Assembly (NCBI GenBank): GCA_031257295.1
Contig: JAIROX010000006.1
Coordinates: 15,392-79,391, forward strand
Length of the DNA stretch: 64,000 nucleotides
Direction of reading: 5' to 3'
DNA from: Candidatus Nomurabacteria bacterium
Lineage (GTDB): Bacteria; Patescibacteriota; Saccharimonadia; Saccharimonadales; Saccharimonadaceae
Of the stretch, positions 46,702-57,500 are shown piece after piece; within the stretch, counting starts at the first letter, position 1, and every line of letters begins with the position of its first letter. The notes beneath the pieces are model-generated. The model did no database searches. It was given only the letters and a program-made list of their open reading frames with translations, and had not been told where the DNA came from. The position numbers and the translations under genes were made by a program.

Positions 46702-47418
46702 ATGAATGTGATAGCTGCGCGTGGCTTAAAAAAGAGCTACGGTAAAAAATCCTCACGATTTGACGCCCTAAGGGGTATTGATATCGACATTAAAGAAGGC
46801 GAGTCGGTCGCTATTATTGGCAAGAGCGGCTCGGGTAAAAGCACACTAATGCACCTTCTGGCGTTACTCGATAAGCCAACTGAAGGCAAAATCGGGGTTA
46901 ACGGCAAGATTGCCAGTAAGCTCAAGGAGCGCCAGGTCAACAAACTACGCAACCAAGAGTTTGGTTTTGTGTTTCAGCAATTCTTCATGAACGCCAACGA
47001 TTCCGTACTTAGCAATGTGATTTTACCGCTCAAGATTTCCGGCATAAGCAAGCGCGAGCGCAAAAACCGCGCTATGGAAGCCCTTAAAACCGTTGAGCTT
47101 GACGACAAAGCCAAGGCCAAGGCCCGCGACCTAAGCGGTGGCCAAAAGCAACGGGTTTGTATCGCCCGAGCGCTAGTCAACAACCCCAAAGTTATTTTTG
47201 CTGACGAGCCAACCGGCAACCTAGACAGCACAACCGGTGAAAAAATCGAAGACCTGCTGTTTTCGCTTAATCTCAATAACAGAATCACATTGATTATCGT
47301 GACACACGATAGCGACCTAGCCGCCCGCTGCGATCGGCAGCTCCATATTAAAGACGGCAAAATAAAAAAAGACCTAGCCAAGCCAAAGGCCTCGGTAAAG
47401 AAAGGGGGCAGGAAATGA
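46702..47418 (+). CDS. ABC transporter ATP-binding protein (MacB/LolD-like)
   Basis: Walker A GKSGSGKST, signature LSGGQKQRVCIAR, Walker B IFADEPTGNLD. Confidence 0.93.
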   Translation: MNVIAARGLKKSYGKKSSRFDALRGIDIDIKEGESVAIIGKSGSGKSTLMHLLALLDKPTEGKIGVNGKIASKLKERQVNKLRNQEFGFVFQQFFMNANDSVLSNVILPLKISGISKRERKNRAMEALKTVELDDKAKAKARDLSGGQKQRVCIARALVNNPKVIFADEPTGNLDSTTGEKIEDLLFSLNLNNRITLIIVTHDSDLAARCDRQLHIKDGKIKKDLAKPKASVKKGGRK

Positions 47419-48737
47419 AGATCTGGGATGTGATCACAACCGCCAACTCAAACTTAATGCGTAACAAGGGCCGCACCTTCCTGACCATTTTAGCGATCTT
47501 CATCGGCTCGTTCACAATCATCGCTACCAGTGGTATCCGAACTGGTGTCAACAATTACATCGACGCCCAGCTCGACTCGGCTGGTGGTGAAGGCTACATC
47601 GAGATAATGCCCGAAGCAATGCGCGACATGGCACAGAGCCAAATGGGGTTCGGTGGTGGCGATGAACCGCAAGAATACGACCCAAAAAAGAACAGCGCCG
47701 AAATGCGGGCCATAAACAAGACTGACCTCGCAAAGATTCGTAAAATTAAAGGTGTCCAGTCGGTCAAGCCGGCCCGTAACGTTAAAGCTGAGTACATAAC
47801 ATCTAGCGAGACAGACAAAAAATTTGTGATTTCTCCGCAAGCTTTACCGTCGGACCGCATCAATTTAGATATCGCCAAAGGCAAAGACGGCAAGCCAGAC
47901 GGACGACTGGTAAGCATCAACGACCCTACGCCAGAAATTGACCTATTGCCAGGCTACGCCAAAGCCTTAGGTTTTAAGTCTGATGAAGACGCAGTTGGTA
48001 AAACCGTCAAGCTTGGCGTGGTTGAGTCTGCCACCATGCAAGTACGCACCGTGGAGGCCAGAGTGGCCGGCGTGCTAAACAAGTCTGTCATCAATATGGG
48101 ACGCAGCTGGATAAATACAGCTTTAGAAGATAAGATCTTAGACATAACCTACGCTAAGATGCCCCAAAGCTACCGCGACCAAGTCTATTTTGCCACCGCC
48201 GAATGGGACACCAAGCTGGGCGATAAGGGGCTGGAAGATATTAAGGACGGGCTGAAAAAGCTAGGATATATCGGTATGACTATGGAAGATGAAGTTGGTA
48301 TGGTTAAGTCCTTCTTCGATGCTATAATTTTGGTGTTCACAATATTCGGTGGCATTGCGCTGTTAGCCGCCAGCATCGGTATCATCAATACGTTGTTTAT
48401 GGCCGTCCAAGAACGCACCCGCGAGATTGGGTTAATGAAAGCCATGGGGCTAGGCAAGGGCAAGATATTCTTGATGTTTAGCATCGAGGCCATCTCACTG
48501 GGTTTCTGGGGCTCAGCCATCGGTGTAGCGGCAGCTTACTTGGCCGAAGTGATCGTTAATCCCATTGCCGCCGATACTTTCCTAAGTGGCCTGCCGGGTT
48601 TTGAGCTTATAAAGTATGACATCACCACTCTAGCACTGCTGATCTTGTTAGTTATGCTGATAGCATTCCTGGCCGGTACTTTGCCAGCCCGTCGCGCCAG
48701 CAAAAAAGATCCCATCGAGGCTCTGCGCTATGAGTAA
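47415..48737 (+). CDS. MacB/FtsX-type ABC permease
   Basis: TM1, a large ectodomain, then three FtsX TM helices (...VQERTREIGLMKAMG...). Overlaps the ATPase stop by 4 nt. Confidence 0.88.
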   Translation: MKIWDVITTANSNLMRNKGRTFLTILAIFIGSFTIIATSGIRTGVNNYIDAQLDSAGGEGYIEIMPEAMRDMAQSQMGFGGGDEPQEYDPKKNSAEMRAINKTDLAKIRKIKGVQSVKPARNVKAEYITSSETDKKFVISPQALPSDRINLDIAKGKDGKPDGRLVSINDPTPEIDLLPGYAKALGFKSDEDAVGKTVKLGVVESATMQVRTVEARVAGVLNKSVINMGRSWINTALEDKILDITYAKMPQSYRDQVYFATAEWDTKLGDKGLEDIKDGLKKLGYIGMTMEDEVGMVKSFFDAIILVFTIFGGIALLAASIGIINTLFMAVQERTREIGLMKAMGLGKGKIFLMFSIEAISLGFWGSAIGVAAAYLAEVIVNPIAADTFLSGLPGFELIKYDITTLALLILLVMLIAFLAGTLPARRASKKDPIEALRYE

Positions 48738-49026
48738 ACATGGTGCTTCATTCCACCTATTACACCATAGAAAAACTCACAACAGTAAGTGGTTGTTGAT
48801 TGGCGACATTCTAGGTTGGGTTGGTGCTGTTTCGCTAATTTCTGCTTACTTTTTAGCCAGCACCGGTGTAGTTTCAGGTCAATCACCTACATACCAAGTG
48901 CTCAATATAGTTGGCGCATTTGGCTTGTTGGCCTTAGCTTTAGCGCGGCGTGCCATACCATCAGTGGCCACTAATATTGTTTGGTTGATTATCGGTTTTG
49001 TGGCCATAGCTAGGTTATTCTTCTAA
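48730..49026 (+). CDS. small three-helix membrane protein
   Basis: 98 aa with three hydrophobic helices. Overlaps the permease stop, so the two are probably co-transcribed. Confidence 0.65.
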   Translation: MSKHGASFHLLHHRKTHNSKWLLIGDILGWVGAVSLISAYFLASTGVVSGQSPTYQVLNIVGAFGLLALALARRAIPSVATNIVWLIIGFVAIARLFF

Positions 49027-49977
49027 TAAACCAGCGCGCTGCGAAGGAACGTCTTTGCAATCGCCTTCGTACTTAGACAGTTTTTGGCTAGCAATTGAAG
49101 CTGAGCTATTACGACCTTGCTGGTATTCTACACTCCTATCCGCTACGCTCTTAGCTTCAGCTCGCGATGCTCCTAATTTCAACATGATATCTTCAGTCCA
49201 CTCCAGGCTAGTGCATTCTGCCATTAACTCATTACCGATACCCCTAACATGCTCTGCTTCATGTAAAGGAGTGTGCAAGGCAAATACCTGCATATCGTCA
49301 CTTGCAGTTTTGTCTTGCAAAAAATACCAGTCAAAAATACTGTTACAAACTACTGGGTTTAAGTGTGCCTCCGTTTCACCAGGGTAGACATAACCGTAAT
49401 AACCGCCACCACGGTCTAGCAGGTTTCTAAGGATCCGATCGCAGCGCGCTACCGCAGTTGGCTCGTTTGACACTTCGCGCACAGCCGGCGTGATAATAAG
49501 CTGCACGGCTTGATGCTTAAACTCGAAATAACCAACACCAAACAAAACCAAGAACGACACGGTCGGCATGATCAAGTGATACGACAAACTAGCCCTTGAA
49601 TGCTCGACCATCGCTTTGTGTATGTATTGCACCAGGCGAGCTACATTATAAATAAAGAAGACTAGGGCAAACAGGCACACGGTGGTGAGCGGGCCAAAGT
49701 CAATGGGCGTATTTAATACTTGGGCCATGTGCGGCCAACCGATAAATGCAACGACCGATACCGCTGCTGCGATTAGCATAAGGTTGCGCAACAACCTGCT
49801 TTCACGCTTAGGCGGTTTAGCAATGGAATCAAGCTCTTCTTGCAACGCCGCGTCAGGCACGTATCTATCTTTAGCCGGCGGCGTGTCAGCATCATAAGAA
49901 TAAATAGCATCAACATCCATCTTACTAGCTGCCGACATGCCAGCGCCAGTGATATCATCTTGTTTTTCCTTATCCAT
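49015..49977 (-). CDS. membrane protein with HExxH motif (putative metallopeptidase)
   Basis: Acidic N-terminus, three TM helices, then an ectodomain containing HEAEH (ALHTPLHEAEHVRG). TGcTAAAAT (49993-49985, minus strand) lies 7 nt upstream of ATG 49977. The track's GTG at 50025 lies upstream of that -10 element. Confidence 0.65.
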   Translation of the reverse strand: MDKEKQDDITGAGMSAASKMDVDAIYSYDADTPPAKDRYVPDAALQEELDSIAKPPKRESRLLRNLMLIAAAVSVVAFIGWPHMAQVLNTPIDFGPLTTVCLFALVFFIYNVARLVQYIHKAMVEHSRASLSYHLIMPTVSFLVLFGVGYFEFKHQAVQLIITPAVREVSNEPTAVARCDRILRNLLDRGGGYYGYVYPGETEAHLNPVVCNSIFDWYFLQDKTASDDMQVFALHTPLHEAEHVRGIGNELMAECTSLEWTEDIMLKLGASRAEAKSVADRSVEYQQGRNSSASIASQKLSKYEGDCKDVPSQRAGLLEE

Positions 49978-50055
49978 AAGCCTAATTTTAGCATAGTGAA
50001 TCGGCAAGAAATTCTTTATTGACACACCTTAGCGCTTTTGCTTACAATTAGATTA

Positions 50056-50532
50056 GTGAAAAGCGAGAGAAAACCAACCAAGGAGCCTAGCAAAAAAGCG
50101 CACGAACGTCTATTTACTCGTAAAAAAGTGCCTATAGTAATTACAACCATACTCGTGGTTTTGTTTGGACTAGCTTGGATGCGGCTGTACGGGCCGCTAA
50201 ACGGTGCCGTACTTGTTGCCAACAAGTTTGCTGTTGGAGACGATTGGGAGCTAGTTGATAATAGGTTTAGGCCCAATATGCTGGATGATGCGTCAACAAT
50301 AAGGCGTGTGTGGAAGGTGCCAACGCCATTAAGTGAGAATGACTTCGTCTCAATCTTAAAAGGATCTGGCTGGTATCCTGGCATTACGTATTCTTGTTGG
50401 CAAATAGCAGATACAAAATATGTTAGCTGCTCAGCTGGCGGCTCAGTTTCTAATAAGCATAATATAGGTATATTCTATAACACCGACAGAGAGACTAATA
50501 GTGATACGGAGATACATCTCTATGTCGACTAA
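50056..50532 (+). CDS. hypothetical single-pass membrane protein
   Basis: Basic N-terminus, one TM segment (VPIVITTILVVLFGLAWM) and an ectodomain of about 110 aa. TACAAT (50043-50048) lies 7 nt upstream of GTG 50056. The track start is TTG 50038. Confidence 0.6.
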   Translation: MKSERKPTKEPSKKAHERLFTRKKVPIVITTILVVLFGLAWMRLYGPLNGAVLVANKFAVGDDWELVDNRFRPNMLDDASTIRRVWKVPTPLSENDFVSILKGSGWYPGITYSCWQIADTKYVSCSAGGSVSNKHNIGIFYNTDRETNSDTEIHLYVD

Positions 50533-52864
50533 AACTATCGCTAGATCAAAGTTAGCTTTAGCTCTAGCAGCTATAATGGTTAGCGCACTATCTATTGCCG
50601 CATCACACAACATGGCTACGCATGCAGCCATGCAACCTCCGTGCGATGATATACAGTTCATTTTCGCTCGTGGTAGTGGTGGACATTCTGATGACTGGGA
50701 ATATGCAAGATTTAAAACCTTAGGCGAAAGCTTAAACAAGTACACCACGCTGAAATATTCTTTCCACGAACTTGGAGTAAGTTCTTATGGCGGCTATAAA
50801 TACATAGCAACAGGTGACGGGTTTGTGATGCTTGGCGCTAAAATAGGTGGCGTTGCTGCTATCGACTACAATATAAGCGTCGAAAGTGGCATTGGCGAGC
50901 TCAAAGCATATATATCGTCACGGGAAAGCTCTTGTCCTAACACAAAGTACGTACTTGCGGGCTATTCGCAAGGAGCGCAGGTTATAGGAGAAACAATCAA
51001 CTACCTTGGAGACAATGTTCTTTACTCAGCTCTCTATGGTGACCCGAAACTGCACCTACCAGAAGGTAAGGGGAGCAACCCGCCTGCGTGTCGTGGAGCC
51101 AATCTTTCGTTTTGGAGGGCTTACGCACCGTGTAGCACATATAAAGGCGTACTGAATGCAAGAGTTCCTTACGTAGATACTATGTGGCGTGGAAAAGTCG
51201 GTCTATGGTGCAATGACAAAGATGCAATGTGTGGATCCAGCAGAAATATCTTGAACAACTCTGGTCATAGACAATACGCAGATCCAGGCGGCCTCATCGG
51301 ACAATCATTCAACCCAATTCTATCAGCCCTGTATGGTACTTATCCCGCCAAATTCAAGCCAGGCTTTACACCCAAAGCATACAAAGTAGACACCACACCC
51401 TTTGACACCGTCATCCTCATCTCTAAGCCGGGTTACACTGGTGCGTCTCTCAGCAAGCGTCGCTCAGACATCATGAGCCTAGCCAGCAGCACTCTAGCCA
51501 AGAATGGTCGCATAGCCTTAATTAGCGTTGACCAAAGCAGCGTAACTGTGCACTGTAGTTTTGGCTGCACCACGAACGAGATTAGCGCAGAGCTGGACGG
51601 TCTAGTAGTAGGCAACAACAAAACCATCAAGGGAGATATCCTAAAAGGCCTAAACAAAGCACTTGACGATCTAAGCTGGCGCAAAGGTGCCCAAAAGTCA
51701 GCCGCTATCTTCACCGAAAGTGGCTACTTAGGTTCCGAACAGGGTAAGACAGCCCTAAAGGCCGTTACAGACAAAGCCCTCAAACTCGACCCAGTAAACA
51801 TGTACGTCATAACCGACGAAGACACCCAGGCTGAATACCAAGACTTGGTAAACATGAATAGTGGCGCCATCATCACGGCTAATCCGGGTGAGGAATTGCA
51901 GGCCGACCTAGCAAACACGGTACTATCTCGCCCTTCCGCCCTCCTCACCAACCCCTCCTACTGGGCTTTGCCTGGCCAAGAGGTCTACTTTGATGCTTCT
52001 GAGTCTTATACCATGGATGACAGCACCATAGTAAAGTACGACTGGGACTTAGACGGTGATGGCGAGTTCGAGTTAAACACCACTGAACCGCAAGCTTCAC
52101 GGCTATACCCACAGACAGGCGAGACTACCATGCAAGTTAAAGTTACCGACAGCTTAGGCCGGTTCAGCACTATGTCGGCTCCAGTTTATGTCCAAGACAA
52201 CTCGCCATTCGACGATAGCTCAGATGCGACCCCGCCCGCTAGGCTTAAAGCCAAGTTGACCGAAGGCCAAGTTGAACTGACCTGGCAAGCACCAGCAGCA
52301 GGCACTAGCTACTACATGATCTACTTGAACGACACTCCACTAGGCTACGTAGACGCCAGCCAAGGCGCTCTAACCATCACAGACCTAGAGTCAACAGACA
52401 GCCTAGAGTTCACCGCTATTGGCATTTCTGAAGATGGATACTTGGGTAAAGAGTCCGCGACGGCTAGCTGGATAAACGGCAGCGACCAGAGTGAGGATGA
52501 AGAAGATGAGGGTAGTGGCGATAATGGCAGTAAACCTACTGGCTCCAAGGATAGCGACAGCAAAGGGGCTAACCCAACTCATAGCGTAAAAAGCAGCCTC
52601 AACCCAACTACTAGCTTAACCAACCTGACCGCTTTCGCAACCGTTGGCGGGTGGGTGGAAGACCTGGCATTGACCAGCAACCCTAGCACAACTTCAGCTA
52701 ACAACACGGGAACTGAGCCCAGCAGCAAAACCGGTCAAAACAGCCAGCACACAGATGAATCACGATCAGAAGACAACCAGAATATCTGGCACTACCTTGG
52801 CATTTCTGCCGCCGTAGTAGTGGTTGTTGGGCTGGTGGTTGCTGTGGCACGGAGATGGGCTTGA
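50522..52864 (+). CDS. surface-anchored cutinase-like serine esterase with vWA-like, PKD and FN3 domains
   Basis: Signal peptide, then cutinase motifs CDDIQFIFARGSG, GYSQGAQV (nucleophile elbow) and CNDKDAMCG...SGHRQY (Asp/His). A vWA-like region of about 160 aa follows. Next come a PKD module (YDWDLDGDGEFE...VKVTDSLG), an FN3 module (LTWQAPAAGTSYYMIYLND), a Ser/Thr/Asp-rich linker and a C-terminal TM helix ending ARRWA. Confidence 0.82.
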   Translation: MSTKTIARSKLALALAAIMVSALSIAASHNMATHAAMQPPCDDIQFIFARGSGGHSDDWEYARFKTLGESLNKYTTLKYSFHELGVSSYGGYKYIATGDGFVMLGAKIGGVAAIDYNISVESGIGELKAYISSRESSCPNTKYVLAGYSQGAQVIGETINYLGDNVLYSALYGDPKLHLPEGKGSNPPACRGANLSFWRAYAPCSTYKGVLNARVPYVDTMWRGKVGLWCNDKDAMCGSSRNILNNSGHRQYADPGGLIGQSFNPILSALYGTYPAKFKPGFTPKAYKVDTTPFDTVILISKPGYTGASLSKRRSDIMSLASSTLAKNGRIALISVDQSSVTVHCSFGCTTNEISAELDGLVVGNNKTIKGDILKGLNKALDDLSWRKGAQKSAAIFTESGYLGSEQGKTALKAVTDKALKLDPVNMYVITDEDTQAEYQDLVNMNSGAIITANPGEELQADLANTVLSRPSALLTNPSYWALPGQEVYFDASESYTMDDSTIVKYDWDLDGDGEFELNTTEPQASRLYPQTGETTMQVKVTDSLGRFSTMSAPVYVQDNSPFDDSSDATPPARLKAKLTEGQVELTWQAPAAGTSYYMIYLNDTPLGYVDASQGALTITDLESTDSLEFTAIGISEDGYLGKESATASWINGSDQSEDEEDEGSGDNGSKPTGSKDSDSKGANPTHSVKSSLNPTTSLTNLTAFATVGGWVEDLALTSNPSTTSANNTGTEPSSKTGQNSQHTDESRSEDNQNIWHYLGISAAVVVVVGLVVAVARRWA

Positions 52865-54033
52865 GGGCCAAACCACCTATCGCGGAACATATTAAACTCG
52901 ACAGATTTGTATCTGGCGGACAGGCAATCGGTACGCTAGAAAGTGGACAAAAAGCTTTCATTTGGGGCGGTTTGCCAGGTGAATTGATCGAGTTTCACGC
53001 AACCAAAAAAAAGCGCAACTATCTAGAGGGTGTGGCCACTAACATTATAGAGCCGAGCTCTGAACGTATTCAGCCACACGACAGCTGCTATCTTAGCACC
53101 AGCCCATGGCAGGTATTGAACTATGATTACGAGCTTGAGCAAAAAACCGAGCTGGTGCGCGAAGCTTTTCGGCAAGAGAAGATAGACATTACTATCGCCA
53201 CCATAGCCACTGATGATGTTAAATATCTCTACCGCAACAAAATGGAATATTCACTCTGGTGGGATAGCAAAACTGAGCAAATCAGCCTAGCCTTCCACGA
53301 ACGCGGCTCACACCGCAAAATACCGATATCCAGCTCAAGCATCGAACACCCAGAAGTCCTAGCCGAAGCAAAAAAGGTGATAGGTCAGCTAAATAATCGT
53401 CACGAGCAAGCCCGCAAATACCAGTCGCTAGTAGTACGATGCAACCAAGCCGGCCAGGTGAGCAGCGCGTTATTTGAAAACGGCAGACCTCATCCAAAAA
53501 TGACAGCACTAACAGATGAGCTACTTGGTCGTAGGTTTACATATTCCCCAAACGGGTTTTTCCAAATCAATCTACCGGTTTATGAATTAGCGCTACGCGA
53601 GATTGCCAAACATATCACGACAAACAAAGTTGTTGATATGTACGCTGGCGTTGGCACCATAGGCCTGACAGTAGCTGGCGACAAGCAGCTAACATTAGTT
53701 GAAACCAACAAAGATGCTTTTGCGGAGCTGGCAAAAAACTGTCATCTGGGCGCAGAAGCCGTCTTATCCGCAAGTGAGGATGCGTTAGAATATATCACAG
53801 CCGACGCGACTATCATTGTAGACCCGCCGCGCGCCGGGCTAGATAAGCGCGTAGTGGAGCGTCTGCTCAAAACCACACCGCCAACTATCATCTATCTTAG
53901 TTGTAACCCAACCACCCAAGCTCGCGACATCAAGCCGCTGCTCGAAAAGTATCAAGCCGCGCTAGCTAAACCTTACAACTTCTTCCCATGCACGCCCCAC
54001 ATCGAAAACTTAGTCGTGCTAAAACGCAAATAG
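52855..54033 (+). CDS. RNA (uracil-5-)-methyltransferase, RlmD/TrmA family, without the Fe-S cysteine cluster
   Basis: TRAM-like N-terminus, SAM motif VVDMYAGVGTIGL, DPPRAG, and the catalytic Cys in FFPCTPHIE. Only one Cys stands where RumA-type enzymes carry four. TTG 52861 is an alternative start. Confidence 0.85.
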   Translation: MGLRAKPPIAEHIKLDRFVSGGQAIGTLESGQKAFIWGGLPGELIEFHATKKKRNYLEGVATNIIEPSSERIQPHDSCYLSTSPWQVLNYDYELEQKTELVREAFRQEKIDITIATIATDDVKYLYRNKMEYSLWWDSKTEQISLAFHERGSHRKIPISSSSIEHPEVLAEAKKVIGQLNNRHEQARKYQSLVVRCNQAGQVSSALFENGRPHPKMTALTDELLGRRFTYSPNGFFQINLPVYELALREIAKHITTNKVVDMYAGVGTIGLTVAGDKQLTLVETNKDAFAELAKNCHLGAEAVLSASEDALEYITADATIIVDPPRAGLDKRVVERLLKTTPPTIIYLSCNPTTQARDIKPLLEKYQAALAKPYNFFPCTPHIENLVVLKRK

Positions 54034-54034
54034 G

Positions 54035-54523
54035 CTACTTTGCCTTAATCTGTCGATAAGAAAACTTAGCACCCGGGCGCCACTTGCCACGCGCGTCTTC
54101 GTCGTAAACCTTAACCACGCCAGTCTCTACTGCCGCTACTTGCACCAAAGCCGGGGTGTAGTCAACCAGAGTTTTGTAAAATATCAGATCCTCACTGCCA
54201 ACATGCTTTCGACCCGGGAAAACTTCAAGAAACTTCTTAGTAGCTTCGCGTTCAAAATAATCTGGCTTACCCTTAGGTGGAAAAAACTCAGCCGGCTTAA
54301 CCCCCATATGTGACAATATCTTTTTAACATCCGCTAGCTGCAGCTTAGTTTTAGACTCAATGTAGACAAATGGCTTTTGCTCCTTGTTGATAAACAGCGT
54401 AGCCACAGCCGAGCCGCCAACTGGCGCTGCGCGAAGTAGCATCTTGGCAACTTCATACCGCATACCAAAATGCGCTAGCAGCTGTCGTTCTAAGTCAATA
54501 TCGCAAACGATATCATCTATCAT
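54035..54523 (-). CDS. hypothetical protein
   Basis: 162 aa with no recognised motif. TGtTAAAAT (54538-54530, minus strand) lies 6 nt upstream of the ATG at 54523. Confidence 0.6.
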   Translation of the reverse strand: MIDDIVCDIDLERQLLAHFGMRYEVAKMLLRAAPVGGSAVATLFINKEQKPFVYIESKTKLQLADVKKILSHMGVKPAEFFPPKGKPDYFEREATKKFLEVFPGRKHVGSEDLIFYKTLVDYTPALVQVAAVETGVVKVYDEDARGKWRPGAKFSYRQIKAK

Positions 54524-54592
54524 GTAGATATTTTAACACACCTACGGTAAAAATCAGTACCCAAACCTGCCATAAAATGGTACAATAAGCTT

Positions 54593-57500
54593 ATGTTTGA
54601 GGAGAAATACCGGCAACTTAACGATGCTCAAAAAGCAGCCGTTGACAAGGTCGACGGGCCACTCATGGTAGTAGCTGGGCCCGGCACCGGCAAAACTCAA
54701 TTGCTTAGCATGCGCGTGGCCAATATCTTGCGCCAAACCGACATGCATCCTGGCAATATTTTGTGCCTAACTTTCACCGACGCCGCCAGCACCAATATGA
54801 CCGAACGCATGGCCAACGGGCTATTTGGCGCCGACGCCTACAAAGTGCCGGTTTTTACTTTTCATGCTTTCTGCCAGCACGTCATCGATCGTTACCCAGA
54901 GTATTTTTTCAATGGCGCAATTTACCACGCAGCCGACGAAATTACCCAAGCCGAGATCGTTGCTGATATCCTGCGCAAGCTTCCGCACACCAATCGCTTA
55001 TCAAGTTTTTACGGTGACGAATTCCTATACCTAAACGCCGCTATAAATGCCATTTCCGACATCAAACGAGCCGGCCTGGTGCCCAAGGATGTCGAAAAGG
55101 TTCTGGCCCAAAACGAACACTTCATAAGATTTGCTAACCAGTTTTTAACACACTTTTTTGTGCCGGTCGCACCACGCAAACAACAAGACATTCAAAAGTA
55201 CCTAAAACATTTCAAACAAGCTCAGCACGAGCTCAAGCGTTATGTTGAGCTCGCCCGGCCAGACCCGGTGCCACCACTGTCGCACATCATCATAACAGCC
55301 ATGCAACACGCCATCGACGAGACCGAAAGAGCCCAAGTCCTGACCACCAAATTTATTACTGATTTTCGCAAGCGATTCCTAGAAAAAGACGCGCGCGGCA
55401 AACATGTGCTGATCGACAGCCGACGTAGCGAACGCACTAGTGAGTTAGTCGAAGTTTATAACAAGTATCTCGACGAAATGGGCAAGCGTAAGTTGTTTGA
55501 CTTTGACGATATGATTTTGCGCGTAGTGCTAGCGCTTAAGCTTTTCCCTCAGCTTAAGTTCAACCTGCAGGAGCAATTCCAATATATTTTGGTCGATGAA
55601 TTCCAGGATACCAACGACGCTCAAATGCAGATTTTACGCCACCTAACAGACTACGACAAGGCACCAAACATCATGGTAGTGGGCGACTTTAAACAGGCCA
55701 TTTATCGCTTCCAGGGCGCTGAGGTTGCCAACATTGAAAAGTTCGCCAAGCAATTTGGCGACGAGCTCACCACCATTGAGCTGGAAGAAAACTACCGTTC
55801 AACCGATAAGATCTTACGCGTAGCCGATAAGGTTATCAGCCAATCTGGCAAACAGGTATTTTTTGACCAATTTAAACAAAAGTTGCACGCCAACTCAAAC
55901 GACCCAACTACAGTAGAGGAAGTTTTAGCGCAAGACTGGTCGAGCGAGTTATCTTGGGTAGCTGGCAAGATAGCCGGACTACTAGAAGCTGGCGCTAAGC
56001 CTGAAGAGATCGCCGTCATAGCCAAAAAACACAAGCATCTGGCAGACCTAGTGCCATTTTTGCAGCAAAAGGGCGTATCAGTTCAGTATGATAGAGAACA
56101 AGACACCTTAAGCAGCCCGCCGGTCGAGCAGCTGCTACTCATGGCCCGTGCCTGTGTATTCATTGCCAGGCAAGAATTCGCTAAAGCTAATGAGTTGATT
56201 CCGCGCATTTTGGCGCACCCGGCCTGGGGTATATCATCCAAAGAACTCTGGCAACTGTCCATAGAGGCGCAGTATCAAAACTGGCTAACAACCATGCTGG
56301 ACCAAGATATTAAGCTGGCCGACATTTCGGCTCAGATTATCGCCCTAGCCAAAGACACCCAGAACACCACCTTCGAAGAAAGCCTCGACCTGGTTTTTGA
56401 GCCGTATAAAAAGTATTACTTTTCGCCCGAGAAGCTTGAAGAAGACCCCGAAACTTATCTCGATTTCCTTAGCGACTTGACGACCATCCGTCAGTTGGCA
56501 CGCGAGTATAAGGGTAAAGAAAACTTAAAACTGGCCGACTTTATCGACCTGGTCGACACCTACAAAAAAGTTGGCCGCGAGATCAAGACAGTCCGCCGTT
56601 ATCGCTCCGGCTCACGGGTCCAGCTGCTCAGCGCGCACGGCGCCAAAGGCTTAGAATTCGACACAGTATTTATCATCAACGGCACGCGTGATGTTTGGTG
56701 CAAAGGCTTCGGCGGCGGTCGAAATAACATCAAGTTTCCATCCAACATGCCACTATCCACCGACGACAGCGAAGACGAACAAGTTCGCCTGCTTTACGTA
56801 GCGATAACTCGTGCCCGAAACAACCTATTTATCTCCACCCACAAGTTTAACGAAAGTTGCAAAGAGGTTCTGCCATGCTCTTACATAACCGGTGCCAACA
56901 TCAAGCGCGTAGAGCTGCCACTGGGCTCAACCTGCTCGCTGATTGAAGACACCAAAACCAGGTGGTACACGTCGCTAACCAAAGTCGACAGCGACCTAAA
57001 AGACATATTGTCTTCCACGCTAGATTCGTACAGGCTAAGCGCAACGCACCTCAACACTTTTATCGACCTAGAATATGGCGGCCCCGAAGCCTTCCTGATG
57101 AACATACTTCTCAAATTCCCCAGCGCCAAGTGGGCCAACGCTAGCTACGGCACTGCCGTGCATAGCACAATTAAGCAGATTCATACTGAATACGCCACCA
57201 AAAAGAGGCTGCGCTCCATCAGCGAGGTCTTAAAAGACTTCGAGACTGAGCTCAAAAAAGAGCACCTGGGCGATATCGATTTCAAATACTACCTCAAAAA
57301 AGGCCACGACAGCCTGAAAGTGTTCGTTAAACAGTTTAAGTTTGAGCCTGAGCAGATTGCTGAACGCAGCTTTAAGACCGACAATGTCGTGTGGCAAGGC
57401 GTGCGCTTAAGCGGCACAGTCGATATGCTAGTGAAAAACGAAAAGCTCAAAACCATCACTATTTACGACTACAAAACCGGCAAACCCTACGCCAACTGGG

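Noticed and set aside
46674-46745. 23-codon leaderless ORF (MTFLGRKDTYECDSCAWLKKELR) starting 5 nt after the TGcTATACT -10 element
   Set aside because: It overlaps, out of frame, the ABC ATPase start at 46702, which has its own AAAGGA SD. There is no independent support.
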